Source of the DNA: Nanobdellota archaeon
GTDB lineage: Archaea; Nanobdellota; Nanobdellia; Woesearchaeales; WJIZ01
NCBI GenBank assembly: GCA_023140175.1
Contig: JAGLMD010000020.1
Coordinates: forward strand, 1-51,483
DNA length: 51,483 nucleotides
Direction of reading: 5' to 3'
In this document: piece after piece, positions 34,641-42,791 of the stretch
Layout: each line of letters opens with the position of its first letter
How positions within the stretch are numbered: the first letter of the stretch is position 1
Position numbers and translations under genes: made by a program
Notes under the pieces: model-generated
The model's input: the letters and a program-made list of their open reading frames with translations, nothing else
Told to the model about the DNA's origin: nothing
Database searches by the model: none

Positions 34641-36930
34641 AAAAATTGAGGTGATAGTCACTGTATATTTGGCCTTAGTCCTAGTTATAGCTGTTTATTC
34701 TGCCGATAATGCATTTGGCCAAATAAAAACAAGTGAGTATGAAATAGCGGTGAATAGTATTAATGAACTGCTAAAATTAGGAAATTTTAAAGAACGTGTC
34801 TTTACTCTAAAAAATAAAAAATCCGAGGCAATTGGTGTAACTTTCTTTTTAGAGGGAAATATAACAGAAACCATTAGGCTTAGCAGCGAAAGGATTAATA
34901 TAGAGCCAAAAGCTGAACAAAGAATAAACATCACTATTTTCGGAGATAAAGTGGGTGCATATAAAGGTAAATTAATCCTCAATGGAGATATTAATGAAGA
35001 AATACCTGTCAGTATCATTGTATCTGAAGAAGGCATGCCCGTAGATGCAATAATTATGGAAGTTCAGCCTCTGAAAAAAAAGTTCTATATTGGCGAACCT
35101 GTTAGAATTAAAATTGATATCCAGAACTTATTAAATGAAGAACCATATAATGTTACATTTCATTATTCTATTGGAAAGTTTATACGCAAAAGCAAAGAAT
35201 TGAACGCTTCCTTTGAGAATGTGACTGAAGATATGATTATAGATACATCTCTAACCCTGATAAAGGAGTTTGATATCCCGAAGGAAACTGCAAAGGGAGA
35301 GTATATGATTAACGTTAAAGCAGAATATCTCGGCTTAACTACTCAAAAAGGAATCAGATTTTCTATAGGTGAAAAACTGATGGACTATCTTATTTTTGGT
35401 CTTTTACCGCTAAAAAAGTTAATATTATGGTCGCTCAGCATTATCCCAATAGTTGGCCTTTTTATATACTTTAAAAAACGAAAAGAAAAGAAGAAGAGAT
35501 ACAAAAGTGATATTGAATTCTCACTATTGCCAAAGGCTGGCCCAAGGTCTGTGATAATAGGAAAAATTGCTGAAACTGAGAAGACTGCTTATTTTGACAT
35601 TGACCAGCTAACAATACATACACTTATAGCTGGCTCAACAGGGGGAGGAAAAACAGTTTCAGCCGAAGTATTAATTGAAGAAGTACTGATGAAAGATGCT
35701 GCTGTTATCATATTTGATCCGACAGCACAATGGAGCGGCTTTCTAAGAAAATGCCAAAATAAAAAGATGTTAGACCTTTATTCTCAGTTCAGCATGAAGA
35801 AAACAGAAGCTAAAGCATTTAATGGAAATGTACATCAGGTCCTAAATGCGAGACAAATAATTGATATTAAGAAATTTATGATGCCTGGAGAGATTCATGT
35901 CTTCGCCACTAACAAGCTAGATCCAAAAGATATGGATATCCTCGTCTCGAATACAATAAGGGAGATATTTCATGCTAACTTACCTGAAGCAGCCGAATTA
36001 AAACTGATGGTAATATTTGATGAGGTCCACAGGCTATTGCCAAAATTTGGAGGATCCGGCCAGGGCTTTATCCAGATAGAAAGAGGTGCAAGAGAATTCA
36101 GAAAATGGGGAGTGGGACTAATGCTGATAAGTCAGGTACTGACAGATTTTATTGGCTCCACAAAAGCAAACATCAACACAGAGATCCAGATGAGAACCCG
36201 TGATCAGGGCGATTTGGACAGAATCAAAAATAAATATGGTAGTTATATGCTTCAATCCTTGCTTAAATCCGCCACTGGAACCGGGATGATAGAGAATTCT
36301 GCTTACAATAGGGGAAATCCTTTCTTTGTAACATTCAGGCCATTATTGCATGAGCACGCAAGACTAACAGATGAAGAACTTGAAAACTATAATAAGTACA
36401 ATGAAGTAATAGAAGATTTAGAATACCAGATAGAGCAATTAGAAAAAGAAAACATAGATGTATTTGATCTTAAATTAGAGCTTAAGATGGCTCTTGACAA
36501 AGTTAAATCCGGAAGCTTCAATATGGTTGATATTTATCTTGAAGGCCTCAAGCCAAGAGTAGAAGAAGCATGGAAAAAGATGGGAAAGCAGCCTAAGAAG
36601 AGAGAGATTAAGCTAGTAGAGGATGTAGAGCTCCAAAGAGAGTTCGAAGAGGCAAAAAGGGCAAGAGAGGCTACTGGAGAAAAAGAGATAAGCAGTCCGA
36701 TAGGAGCCCAAAAAAACAAATTACCCCCATTAAAACTCAAAGCAGGAGTAACTGTAAACAGTGTTACAGAACTAATCGATTCAATTAACACAATGGAAGA
36801 GGAAGCTGCCAAAGCAGAAAAAGAAGATTTTGCAAAATGGGTGGAACAGATTAATCCAAGCGTAGCAGAAGCAGTGGCCAAAGCAGAATCAAAAGAAGAC
36901 ATAATCATAGCGCTGGAAAAAGCGCAGTAA
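34624..36930 (+). CDS. Membrane-embedded HerA/DUF87-like (FtsK-HerA superfamily) P-loop ATPase with extracellular N-terminal domain
   Basis: 768 aa.
- N-terminal hydrophobic segment: IEVIVTVYLALVLVIAVYSADNAFG.
- About 230 aa of beta-rich sequence, two CARDB-like halves.
- Second TM region: LIFGLLPLKKLILWSLSIIPIVGLFIYFKKRKEKKKR.
- Walker A: IAGSTGGGKTV.
- IIFDPTAQW.
- Walker B: MVIFDEVHRLLP.
- REFRKWGVGLMLISQ and NTEIQMRT, which together match the HerA/DUF87 motif order.
- A coiled-coil, acidic C-terminal tail.
- Overlaps the upstream gene by 17 nt. Confidence 0.8.
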   Translation: MSRKNKKIEVIVTVYLALVLVIAVYSADNAFGQIKTSEYEIAVNSINELLKLGNFKERVFTLKNKKSEAIGVTFFLEGNITETIRLSSERINIEPKAEQRINITIFGDKVGAYKGKLILNGDINEEIPVSIIVSEEGMPVDAIIMEVQPLKKKFYIGEPVRIKIDIQNLLNEEPYNVTFHYSIGKFIRKSKELNASFENVTEDMIIDTSLTLIKEFDIPKETAKGEYMINVKAEYLGLTTQKGIRFSIGEKLMDYLIFGLLPLKKLILWSLSIIPIVGLFIYFKKRKEKKKRYKSDIEFSLLPKAGPRSVIIGKIAETEKTAYFDIDQLTIHTLIAGSTGGGKTVSAEVLIEEVLMKDAAVIIFDPTAQWSGFLRKCQNKKMLDLYSQFSMKKTEAKAFNGNVHQVLNARQIIDIKKFMMPGEIHVFATNKLDPKDMDILVSNTIREIFHANLPEAAELKLMVIFDEVHRLLPKFGGSGQGFIQIERGAREFRKWGVGLMLISQVLTDFIGSTKANINTEIQMRTRDQGDLDRIKNKYGSYMLQSLLKSATGTGMIENSAYNRGNPFFVTFRPLLHEHARLTDEELENYNKYNEVIEDLEYQIEQLEKENIDVFDLKLELKMALDKVKSGSFNMVDIYLEGLKPRVEEAWKKMGKQPKKREIKLVEDVELQREFEEAKRAREATGEKEISSPIGAQKNKLPPLKLKAGVTVNSVTELIDSINTMEEEAAKAEKEDFAKWVEQINPSVAEAVAKAESKEDIIIALEKAQ

Positions 36931-37032
36931 ATATTTAACAAAAAAAGCTGAATGAAGTTTTAATAAGACTTATTTTACGAATATCTTATTAGCAATTACT
37001 TATATCAATAATATACTAAACAGCAAGTAAAA

Positions 37033-37083
37033 TTCCGAACCATAATCTGCGGTTTAGTATTGCGAAGCCGCAATGAATTCGGA
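37033..37083. terminator. GC-enriched nested hairpin between convergent genes (possible bidirectional terminator)
   Basis: Outer stem tCCGAA (37034-37039) pairs with TTCGGa (37078-37083). The inner perfect hairpin is ATTGCG-aagc-CGCAAT (37059-37074). It lies between the 3-prime ends of 34624..36930 (+) and 37170..38837 (-). Confidence 0.4.
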
Positions 37084-37169
37084 TAAATATATATCAACTA
37101 TGACAGGATAAAAATAAAATAGATTACAAAGAACAACTCAACTTTATTGCAGTATATTTACCCAATTTC

Positions 37170-38837
37170 TCAACTAAGTTCTTTCTCTTTCTTCTTCTTT
37201 TTCTTCCAAAGGATAAGAAATATTAGCAGTATTATGACCAACAACAAAGAATAGAACACAAAGTCAATTCCTTTGAGTTTCATCTCAAACTCTTTCTGCT
37301 TAATCTTAATAAGGCTGTTTTCTCTCTCACCATAATATGACCTTACTGTTACCATATCATTCTCCTCGATATCTTCTTCACTAAGCTTTACCTTTACCTT
37401 TTGGTCCTTCTTCTGTCCATCCTTAAAATACATCACTTCATCTGCACCAACACTTGTTGTTATGCCATCAATCAAAAGGTCAAGTATCTCTAAATCAACA
37501 TAACAATCCACATCCCCCATATTCTTAACACCGATATAGAATATTCCTTTTCTCTTATCATAGGCAAGACTTGTTAAATCAATGTCGCATTTATCCAGAA
37601 TCGTGACAGTCTCTACATCTATTGTCAAATCTATCACTTTCTCCATGGATATCTTAGACTCACCATAGATAATATAAACATCAGCCACTATCTTGCCATC
37701 TACCATTGGCTCTACATCATAAACAACTGTCTTAAGTTCATTTCCATCAAGGAATATTGGATCAATATCTCCCACTGTCTGCCGCGATCCATCAGAGGCA
37801 CTTAAAGAATAAGTTCCCTTAAAATAAACCGCCTGTTCTTCAATATTCCTAAGGTTAACTTCTAGTTGATTCGTGGCTCTATTGTACCTTATCGAATCTA
37901 GTTCAATATTCAGAGAGTAAACAGGTAAATAAAACATATCTAATGCTTCTACTTGCGAAACAGCTGATGATGATGACCTGGCGCCCTGTGCAAATTTAAC
38001 AAAAACACTAATACCGACCTGTCTTCTTATATATGTTGCTGTGCCGACAAGTTCATTTCCAATCAAAACACCCACATCAATATCACTCTGTTGTATATAA
38101 TCTCTCACCTGGTCAGGAACATTATTTGCTCCGATAAAGAGTACTGGCTCAGCACCGGACATTATTTCTTTCTCAATAAACTCACCATTGGTCAATATCG
38201 TCTGTTTAGCGCCCTTTATTTCCTGGTATTTTTTCACAATCTCTACATTATTTGCAAACCTATCTCCTTCCATATCAATAATCTCTGGATCATATCTAGC
38301 CAATGTGTCACTAACTACCCTATCTACACGGCCATATATTAGCAATTTATCAACAGTCCTTCCGCTTAGGAATGAATCAATATCTTTTATATTGGTTCTA
38401 TCCGCAAATAAAACAAATGATTTAGAAATGACAGCATAAGGTGCGACACTGATTGCATTATATCCATATGAGTCATCAACGATTATGAAGCTTGTTATAT
38501 CTAGTAATTCGCTGGCAAGCTGCAGATTGACATTATCATATATATCTTCAGTAGCAGTATAGCCGCCATTGCTCAATATACTCTCATAACCAATAACAAA
38601 AGGAGCACTATCTGAGCTTATTGCTCTGATAGACTTATCTTTAGGTATGCTATTGAGAATTATTGTACTGTGCCTGTCACTAACCAAAAAGCTCGCAGGA
38701 GTGCCCACTATACTTCCAAACAGCATAGTAGAATAAACATCTCTCCAGTCTTCAGAATTGATAATCATTTGGTCAGCAGCTATCACAGTTTGCACAAGAA
38801 ACAAGAACAATATCAGCAATAAAACAGCTTTCTTCAT
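37170..38837 (-). CDS. Surface protein with N-terminal cell-wall-binding-repeat-like region, C-terminal TM anchor and poly-K tail
   Basis: 555 aa. Signal peptide MKKAVLLLILFLFLVQTVIA. Three ~90-aa alpha/beta repeats resemble CW_binding_2 (weak pattern match). Beta-rich domains follow. The C-terminal end is FVFYSLLLVIILLIFLILWKKKKKKEKELS. Confidence 0.75.
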   Translation of the reverse strand: MKKAVLLLILFLFLVQTVIAADQMIINSEDWRDVYSTMLFGSIVGTPASFLVSDRHSTIILNSIPKDKSIRAISSDSAPFVIGYESILSNGGYTATEDIYDNVNLQLASELLDITSFIIVDDSYGYNAISVAPYAVISKSFVLFADRTNIKDIDSFLSGRTVDKLLIYGRVDRVVSDTLARYDPEIIDMEGDRFANNVEIVKKYQEIKGAKQTILTNGEFIEKEIMSGAEPVLFIGANNVPDQVRDYIQQSDIDVGVLIGNELVGTATYIRRQVGISVFVKFAQGARSSSSAVSQVEALDMFYLPVYSLNIELDSIRYNRATNQLEVNLRNIEEQAVYFKGTYSLSASDGSRQTVGDIDPIFLDGNELKTVVYDVEPMVDGKIVADVYIIYGESKISMEKVIDLTIDVETVTILDKCDIDLTSLAYDKRKGIFYIGVKNMGDVDCYVDLEILDLLIDGITTSVGADEVMYFKDGQKKDQKVKVKLSEEDIEENDMVTVRSYYGERENSLIKIKQKEFEMKLKGIDFVFYSLLLVIILLIFLILWKKKKKKEKELS

Positions 38838-38968
38838 GAAATATACGCACCCCTTTATGATATAATAATTTTAAGAAATCGTATATAAATCTTTTCATTT
38901 TGTCTCTACAGAAACATTTCCCCTAAAAAAACCAAAGATTCTTTTTCTTTAAGGAAAGAATTATTTTT

Positions 38969-39640
38969 CTATAAGGAGAAAAATTTTAAAAATCCCCTCT
39001 TCCTTCTGTTCTGCCTGACTAACACACTAATATCTCTCTCTATCTGTTTCTGGTTCTCAAAAAGTTTTTCTTGCCTATTAAACTCCCCAGTATGATGATA
39101 GCTCCTCCCATTTTTAGTATAGAACTTATGCTTTTTATGAAGCATCTCATGATACATGATATAATCAAGCAATTCTCTCCTGGAATTCAGGAATATCTTA
39201 CTTACTGTAATTGTATCCGACCCATATTCATAACTGCCTAGTTTCCTTATAGAATCCATACCCCACATAAGGTTGGTCTTTTCAATTAACCCGCAGAAAT
39301 ACTTTTCATTTACCCTATCAAAAGAGGACTCAAGTATAGGGTCATTCTTAACTTTAGGAATTGCAATATGCACCTTTTTCAGAAAGATCTCATAAAGCTC
39401 AATATTAGGAGTAGATACAATAGTCTTGAATATCTTATTCAAAAGTATCTGGATTAAGCCTATCCTGACATCATCATTTATTTTTTCCCATTTCCTGCTT
39501 AAATTAAATTCAATTTTATTTCCTTTCCGCTTCACATTTGCATTATAATCATTAAATTTTCTGGAATAGTTCAAAGAAAAATCATATTCTCCCAGTTTTG
39601 CATCAGGATATAGCTCTAGATATGCTTTCTCGACAATCAT
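38969..39640 (-). CDS. SprT-like / HExxH zinc metallopeptidase-domain protein
   Basis: 223 aa. ...FCGLIEKTNLMWGMDSIRKLGSYEYGSDTITVSKIFLNSRRELLDYIMYHEMLHKKHKF...SYHHTGEF carries an HEMLH motif with a downstream His, in a SprT-like context. Pattern only. Confidence 0.5.
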   Translation of the reverse strand: MIVEKAYLELYPDAKLGEYDFSLNYSRKFNDYNANVKRKGNKIEFNLSRKWEKINDDVRIGLIQILLNKIFKTIVSTPNIELYEIFLKKVHIAIPKVKNDPILESSFDRVNEKYFCGLIEKTNLMWGMDSIRKLGSYEYGSDTITVSKIFLNSRRELLDYIMYHEMLHKKHKFYTKNGRSYHHTGEFNRQEKLFENQKQIERDISVLVRQNRRKRGFLKFFSL

Positions 39641-39763
39641 AAAGCAAGAATGGAGTGAGAATTTAAGAAGTTTATCAAATATAGAATTAAACTATGAATT
39701 TCGGATTGAGCAGAAATAAATATATGATCTGAGGAAGGGGGATGAATGTGCGGTTATTTTTCA

Positions 39764-40972
39764 TTATTTCTCAAACTCAACTCTTCCAACTTCAACATCT
39801 TCATTATCATAAACCTCAAGCCGGAAATCCCTAGCGTCTTTGTAAATAGCAAATGCAAGTTTTACGACAAGAAGATTGCCTGTTTCTATATTGGGAGTAT
39901 CCATATATCCTTCCATCATTCTAGTATAGCTATGAATAGTATATATGTTTCCATCTCCATCCTTTAAAACATAAGCACCCAATTCATTCTTAAATCCCGT
40001 ATAACTCCTTCCATCTACTTTAAAATTATTGTTCACTCCATTATTCTCTATTTTTAATTCTACAGTTTTAAATGCCTTATCACTATTATGAGAAAAAGCA
40101 TCTAAACTATAATAATCATATTTGCCTGCCTTTTTTACTGCTGGACTGTCTTTTGTAGATACTATTATCAATTTGAGTTTATCTTTCCTTGCTTCATAAG
40201 AGGATATCTCAGTTAACGCTATCTCATCAGCTGCTGGAGCGCCTTCCCTAAAATTAGATTTAAGTTTTTTGAAATATGAATCCAATTCACTATCACTTAT
40301 CTCCTCATTATATCCTGTGTAGATTATCTCTACAGCATGTCTTCCTTCCCTTATCCCGATAGAGTACTTCTTATAAGGTATGAAATTGTATTCATATTCT
40401 TTCTTATAAATAATACATTCATCGAAATCAGAACAAACCCTCACCTTTTTGTAATTCTTATTTATACTGAAAGTATCATTTTTAAAAAAATCTATTGCAC
40501 CTTCTTCATTCTTAAAGGAATTAGCATAGAAATATAACCATCTTATTTCTTCTGATTTTGATATCTCTTTTTTATATCCTTTGATGAATGAATCCTGTAA
40601 ACCCCATTTATTGAATTGTATTATTTCATCCCTATTCAACATCTTTCTTCCTGAATAACTCCTATCTAAGGAATACCCTGCTTCTACCTGTTCGGATGAT
40701 AATACTATTTGGTGTGCTTTTAGGTAAGGTTTTTCTTCTTCGGATGGTTTCTCTTCAATTTTCTGCTCTTCGGGTTGAGTAAGCCCTTTTTCTTCAGCTT
40801 TTGGTTGTTCATCATTATCACAGATAGAATTATCGTTTTGGTCTAAGCAACAGGACATCCCTACAAGGATATATGGTTTATTACATGTTGGTTGAACTGC
40901 TTTTTGCTGTTCACCACAGGAAATAAGGAATATAGATATGAGTAAAATACCAATAAATACTCTTTTTTTCAT
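39764..40972 (-). CDS. Putative lipoprotein / secreted protein, unknown function
   Basis: 402 aa. Signal peptide with a lipobox-like LISC (MKKRVFIGILLISIFLISCGEQQ). A Cys cluster and an E/K/P-rich linker are followed by two globular regions. A TATA-like box lies ~25 nt upstream of the ATG. Confidence 0.7.
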   Translation of the reverse strand: MKKRVFIGILLISIFLISCGEQQKAVQPTCNKPYILVGMSCCLDQNDNSICDNDEQPKAEEKGLTQPEEQKIEEKPSEEEKPYLKAHQIVLSSEQVEAGYSLDRSYSGRKMLNRDEIIQFNKWGLQDSFIKGYKKEISKSEEIRWLYFYANSFKNEEGAIDFFKNDTFSINKNYKKVRVCSDFDECIIYKKEYEYNFIPYKKYSIGIREGRHAVEIIYTGYNEEISDSELDSYFKKLKSNFREGAPAADEIALTEISSYEARKDKLKLIIVSTKDSPAVKKAGKYDYYSLDAFSHNSDKAFKTVELKIENNGVNNNFKVDGRSYTGFKNELGAYVLKDGDGNIYTIHSYTRMMEGYMDTPNIETGNLLVVKLAFAIYKDARDFRLEVYDNEDVEVGRVEFEK

Positions 40973-41075
40973 AATATTGCCCCCTATTTTCCTATAAAAT
41001 GTTTCATTTCTTTAAAAATATTTCCAGAAACCACTAAACTATAAGCCACCTAACTAAGAAACCACCATCCAGTAT

Positions 41076-42176
41076 TTAATCCACAACCTCATACCTAAGA
41101 ATAGCTGCAACCTTTCCTATTTCCTTCAGCTGCACACCCTCTCTTGTCTCAGTTGAAATTAACACAACTTCGCTCCCCATCTTCTTAGCTTCGTTCTCAA
41201 ATTCATCTATCTTCTCATCCTCAAGTGCATCAGACAGCAAAAGCTTATCAACTACGCCCATCTTGAGCTTATTCATAGTATCTTTCTCACCATAAGCCAC
41301 AATCCCCGGCTTCCTGGCAAGCTTATCAAAAAAAGCAGCCATTATCTTCTTTTCCTGTGCCACTTCCTCTGAAGCCAGAACATCCCCTGATTTCTCAAGC
41401 AGCTCCTCAAGCCCAAATAATCCAGTATAACTCAAATCTTTGATTGCAATAACCTTTTTCTTAATTTCATTTGTCAGATAGCCGCCTTCCACAAAATCAT
41501 ATTTTGTCGGGCCTGGTCCCCCAATAATTATTCCTTTAAGTCCTTTATAAGTTAGGAACTGTTCCTTTACATATTCTGCAACTTTCTTATAATGATCCTT
41601 TGCAGCACCCTCTCTAAGACGGGCAAACCTAGGGGCTGATTGCCCTCCAGCTTTAAACTTTCCCGGCACTTCGCTGTGTGTCTTAAGCAAAGGTATTATT
41701 GTTTTTCCCTTGAGTAAAGCAATATTGGCATCCCTCCTATCAAGCACTATTAAACCATATACTTCTTTTGTATCGAGCATATCACGAAGAACATCAATCT
41801 TAAAGTCCTTATCACACCTATATATTCTCATCTTCAATGGCACAGGCGGCTCTATACTCCATACTCTTAAATCGCTTTGGCCCGCAGTAGATGCAACATT
41901 TCCAGAAAAAGCAGCCAGCCCATGCTCAGGGGTTCTCTTAAATAACCTCAAATGCTGTATCATCCTCTCCAGGGCATCAATAACATTCTTCCTTGTTGAA
42001 GTGGATTTTATATTAGTTGCTGTGCCTTGCTCCTGGCTTAGATGATTTATAATCTTACTAAGATCATAGCCAGCTGGAATTAAAACACTTACGAACTCTG
42101 TATGCCTGCCCCTATGTTGATCCAATTCCTTTATAAATTTCTTCAGCATATGTCGCTGTCTTTCTGTAAGTGCCAT
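41076..42176 (-). CDS. prf1: Peptide chain release factor aRF1
   Basis: 366 aa. NIKS motif (GTATNIKSTSTRKNV), GGQ motif (KFKAGGQSAPRFARLRE), and a C-terminal ...AAILRY ending typical of aRF1/eRF1. Confidence 0.92.
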   Translation of the reverse strand: MALTERQRHMLKKFIKELDQHRGRHTEFVSVLIPAGYDLSKIINHLSQEQGTATNIKSTSTRKNVIDALERMIQHLRLFKRTPEHGLAAFSGNVASTAGQSDLRVWSIEPPVPLKMRIYRCDKDFKIDVLRDMLDTKEVYGLIVLDRRDANIALLKGKTIIPLLKTHSEVPGKFKAGGQSAPRFARLREGAAKDHYKKVAEYVKEQFLTYKGLKGIIIGGPGPTKYDFVEGGYLTNEIKKKVIAIKDLSYTGLFGLEELLEKSGDVLASEEVAQEKKIMAAFFDKLARKPGIVAYGEKDTMNKLKMGVVDKLLLSDALEDEKIDEFENEAKKMGSEVVLISTETREGVQLKEIGKVAAILRYEVVD

Positions 42177-42195
42177 ACAAACCCAAAATTAAGGA

Positions 42196-42210
42196 ATATA
42201 TATAAAGTTT
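42196..42210 (-). promoter_or_regulatory. BRE/TATA promoter of aRF1 (minus strand AAAACTTTATATATA), leaderless spacing
   Basis: The reverse complement of 42196-42210 reads aaaactttatatata. The TATA-proximal edge is 20 nt from the ATG at 42176, which implies a leaderless or near-leaderless mRNA. Confidence 0.6.
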
Positions 42211-42358
42211 TGGGGCTCCCATCGAACTTCATAAAGTAAAATCTTATTATATACTATTTTAACCGAATTTTTGAATTTCTCAGTTTATCTGGAAAACTCA
42301 AAGATTACAGTAGTAAGCTTTATAAAGTGCCTAAAATTCCAATATAATCATAAATTAT

Positions 42359-42492
42359 GGGGCTATGGGGTAGCTTGGACTTATCCTTTTCGCTTTGGGA
42401 AAAATAGCTTTTCTTCAAAAAAGCGGATGACCCCGGTTCAAAAAGCCCTTAATAATTACAACATTAGGGCTATGAAAGTCCGGGTAGCCCCA
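42359..42492 (+). tRNA. tRNA-Pro (anticodon UGG, tentative) with two introns: canonical 37/38 (~22 nt) and non-canonical T-loop (~36 nt, about position 59/60)
   Basis: Hand fold:
- Acceptor stem: GGGGCTA (42359-65) with TAGCCCC (42485-91), discriminator A.
- D-arm: U8, then GGGT/TCCT stem with loop AGCTTGGACTTA (A14, G18G19, A21).
- Anticodon arm: stem TTCGC (42389-93) with GCGGA (42423-27), loop TT-TGG-G...A.
- T-arm: stem CCCGG (42432-36) with CCGGG (42480-84, G53-C61), T-loop TTCAAA.
- The T-loop is interrupted by a hairpin-forming insert, AGCCCTTAAT...ATTAGGGCT.
- No encoded CCA.

The isotype is less certain than the tRNA call. Confidence 0.65.
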
Positions 42493-42511
42493 TACAATTT
42501 AACTAAAGAAA

Positions 42512-42790
42512 ATGGCAGAAACAAGAAAACTAAAGTCAATCAAAAGATTCGGAGCAAGGTATGGAAGAACTGTAAAACATAACTTTGCAAAAATAGAGTT
42601 AGAACAGAGAAAGCTGCATAAATGCCCCTATTGTAATAAAACAGCTGTAAAAAGGATTTCGACAGGCATCTGGTACTGTAGAAAATGTAAGGCTAAATTC
42701 ACAGGAAAAGCATATAGCCCGGGAAAGGCCGTTTCAACAGAAAAAGTTAAAGAAGAAGCTATAGATGAAACAAAAGAGGAGAAATCATAA
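42512..42790 (+). CDS. rpl37ae: 50S ribosomal protein L37Ae (eL43)
   Basis: 92 aa. RFGARYGRTVKHNFAKIE...HKCPYCNKTAVKRISTGIWYCRKCKAKFTGKAY has a C4 zinc ribbon in the characteristic L37Ae context. Confidence 0.9.
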   Translation: MAETRKLKSIKRFGARYGRTVKHNFAKIELEQRKLHKCPYCNKTAVKRISTGIWYCRKCKAKFTGKAYSPGKAVSTEKVKEEAIDETKEEKS

Positions 42791-42791
42791 A

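Noticed and set aside
42177-42511. Integrative element or genomic-island boundary at the tRNA gene
   Set aside because: No integrase or recombinase gene is present, and I could find no direct repeat of the tRNA 3-prime end in the window. The flanking genes on both sides (aRF1; rpl37ae-rpoP-pcc1-pfdB) are core genes.
42271-42582. 103-aa ORF from the six-frame track (TTG start)
   Set aside because: It runs straight through the region that folds into a complete intron-containing tRNA (42359-42492) and into the rpl37ae start. It has no coding-like features, so it is most likely an artefact.
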